From: Octopus bimaculoides
Taxonomy: Eukaryota
Direction: 5' to 3'
Assembly: GCF_001194135.2 (NCBI RefSeq)
Contig: NC_068983.1
Span: 3,052,560 to 3,087,216 of the forward strand
Length of the DNA: 34,657 nucleotides
Shown here: piece after piece, positions 34,614-34,657 of the stretch
How the letters are laid out: the number at the start of each line of letters is the position of its first letter
How positions within the stretch are numbered: position 1 is the stretch's first letter
Program-made: the position numbers and the translations under genes
The notes under the pieces: generated by a model
Told to the model about the DNA's origin: nothing
Database searches by the model: none
Seen by the model: the letters and a program-made list of their open reading frames with translations, nothing else

Positions 34614-34657
<44 letters not shown>
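33625..34657. repeat. Microsatellite field containing a gap (33959-34248)
   Basis: Directly visible. Confidence 0.95.

Overview
Gene-poor, AT-rich eukaryotic animal DNA, dense in microsatellites, with six N gaps. The SINE families and repeat landscape look like an octopod cephalopod (inference from recall, not a database match). No intact host gene is recognisable, and most ORFs in the track are microsatellite or gap artefacts. Identifiable content: a 3' fragment of an R4/Dong-type non-LTR element, a decayed CR1-like LINE, an RTE endonuclease fragment, a Penelope-like element (PLE) with an inverted 5' end, a second PLE-type terminal palindrome carrying a near-canonical minimal hammerhead ribozyme, an internally deleted mariner with both TIRs, a piggyBac-type MITE, hAT and Tigger/pogo-like relics, and about 15 tRNA-derived SINE pieces from four families. 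Most interesting: the hammerhead motif(s), a well-spaced CCAAT/E-box/TATA/Inr promoter, a 17-bp TACGTG-containing array inside an LTR-like segment, a decayed ~200-bp repeat with apparent codon-level conservation, and a phase-compatible chain of candidate small exons. Nothing here proves a new system.
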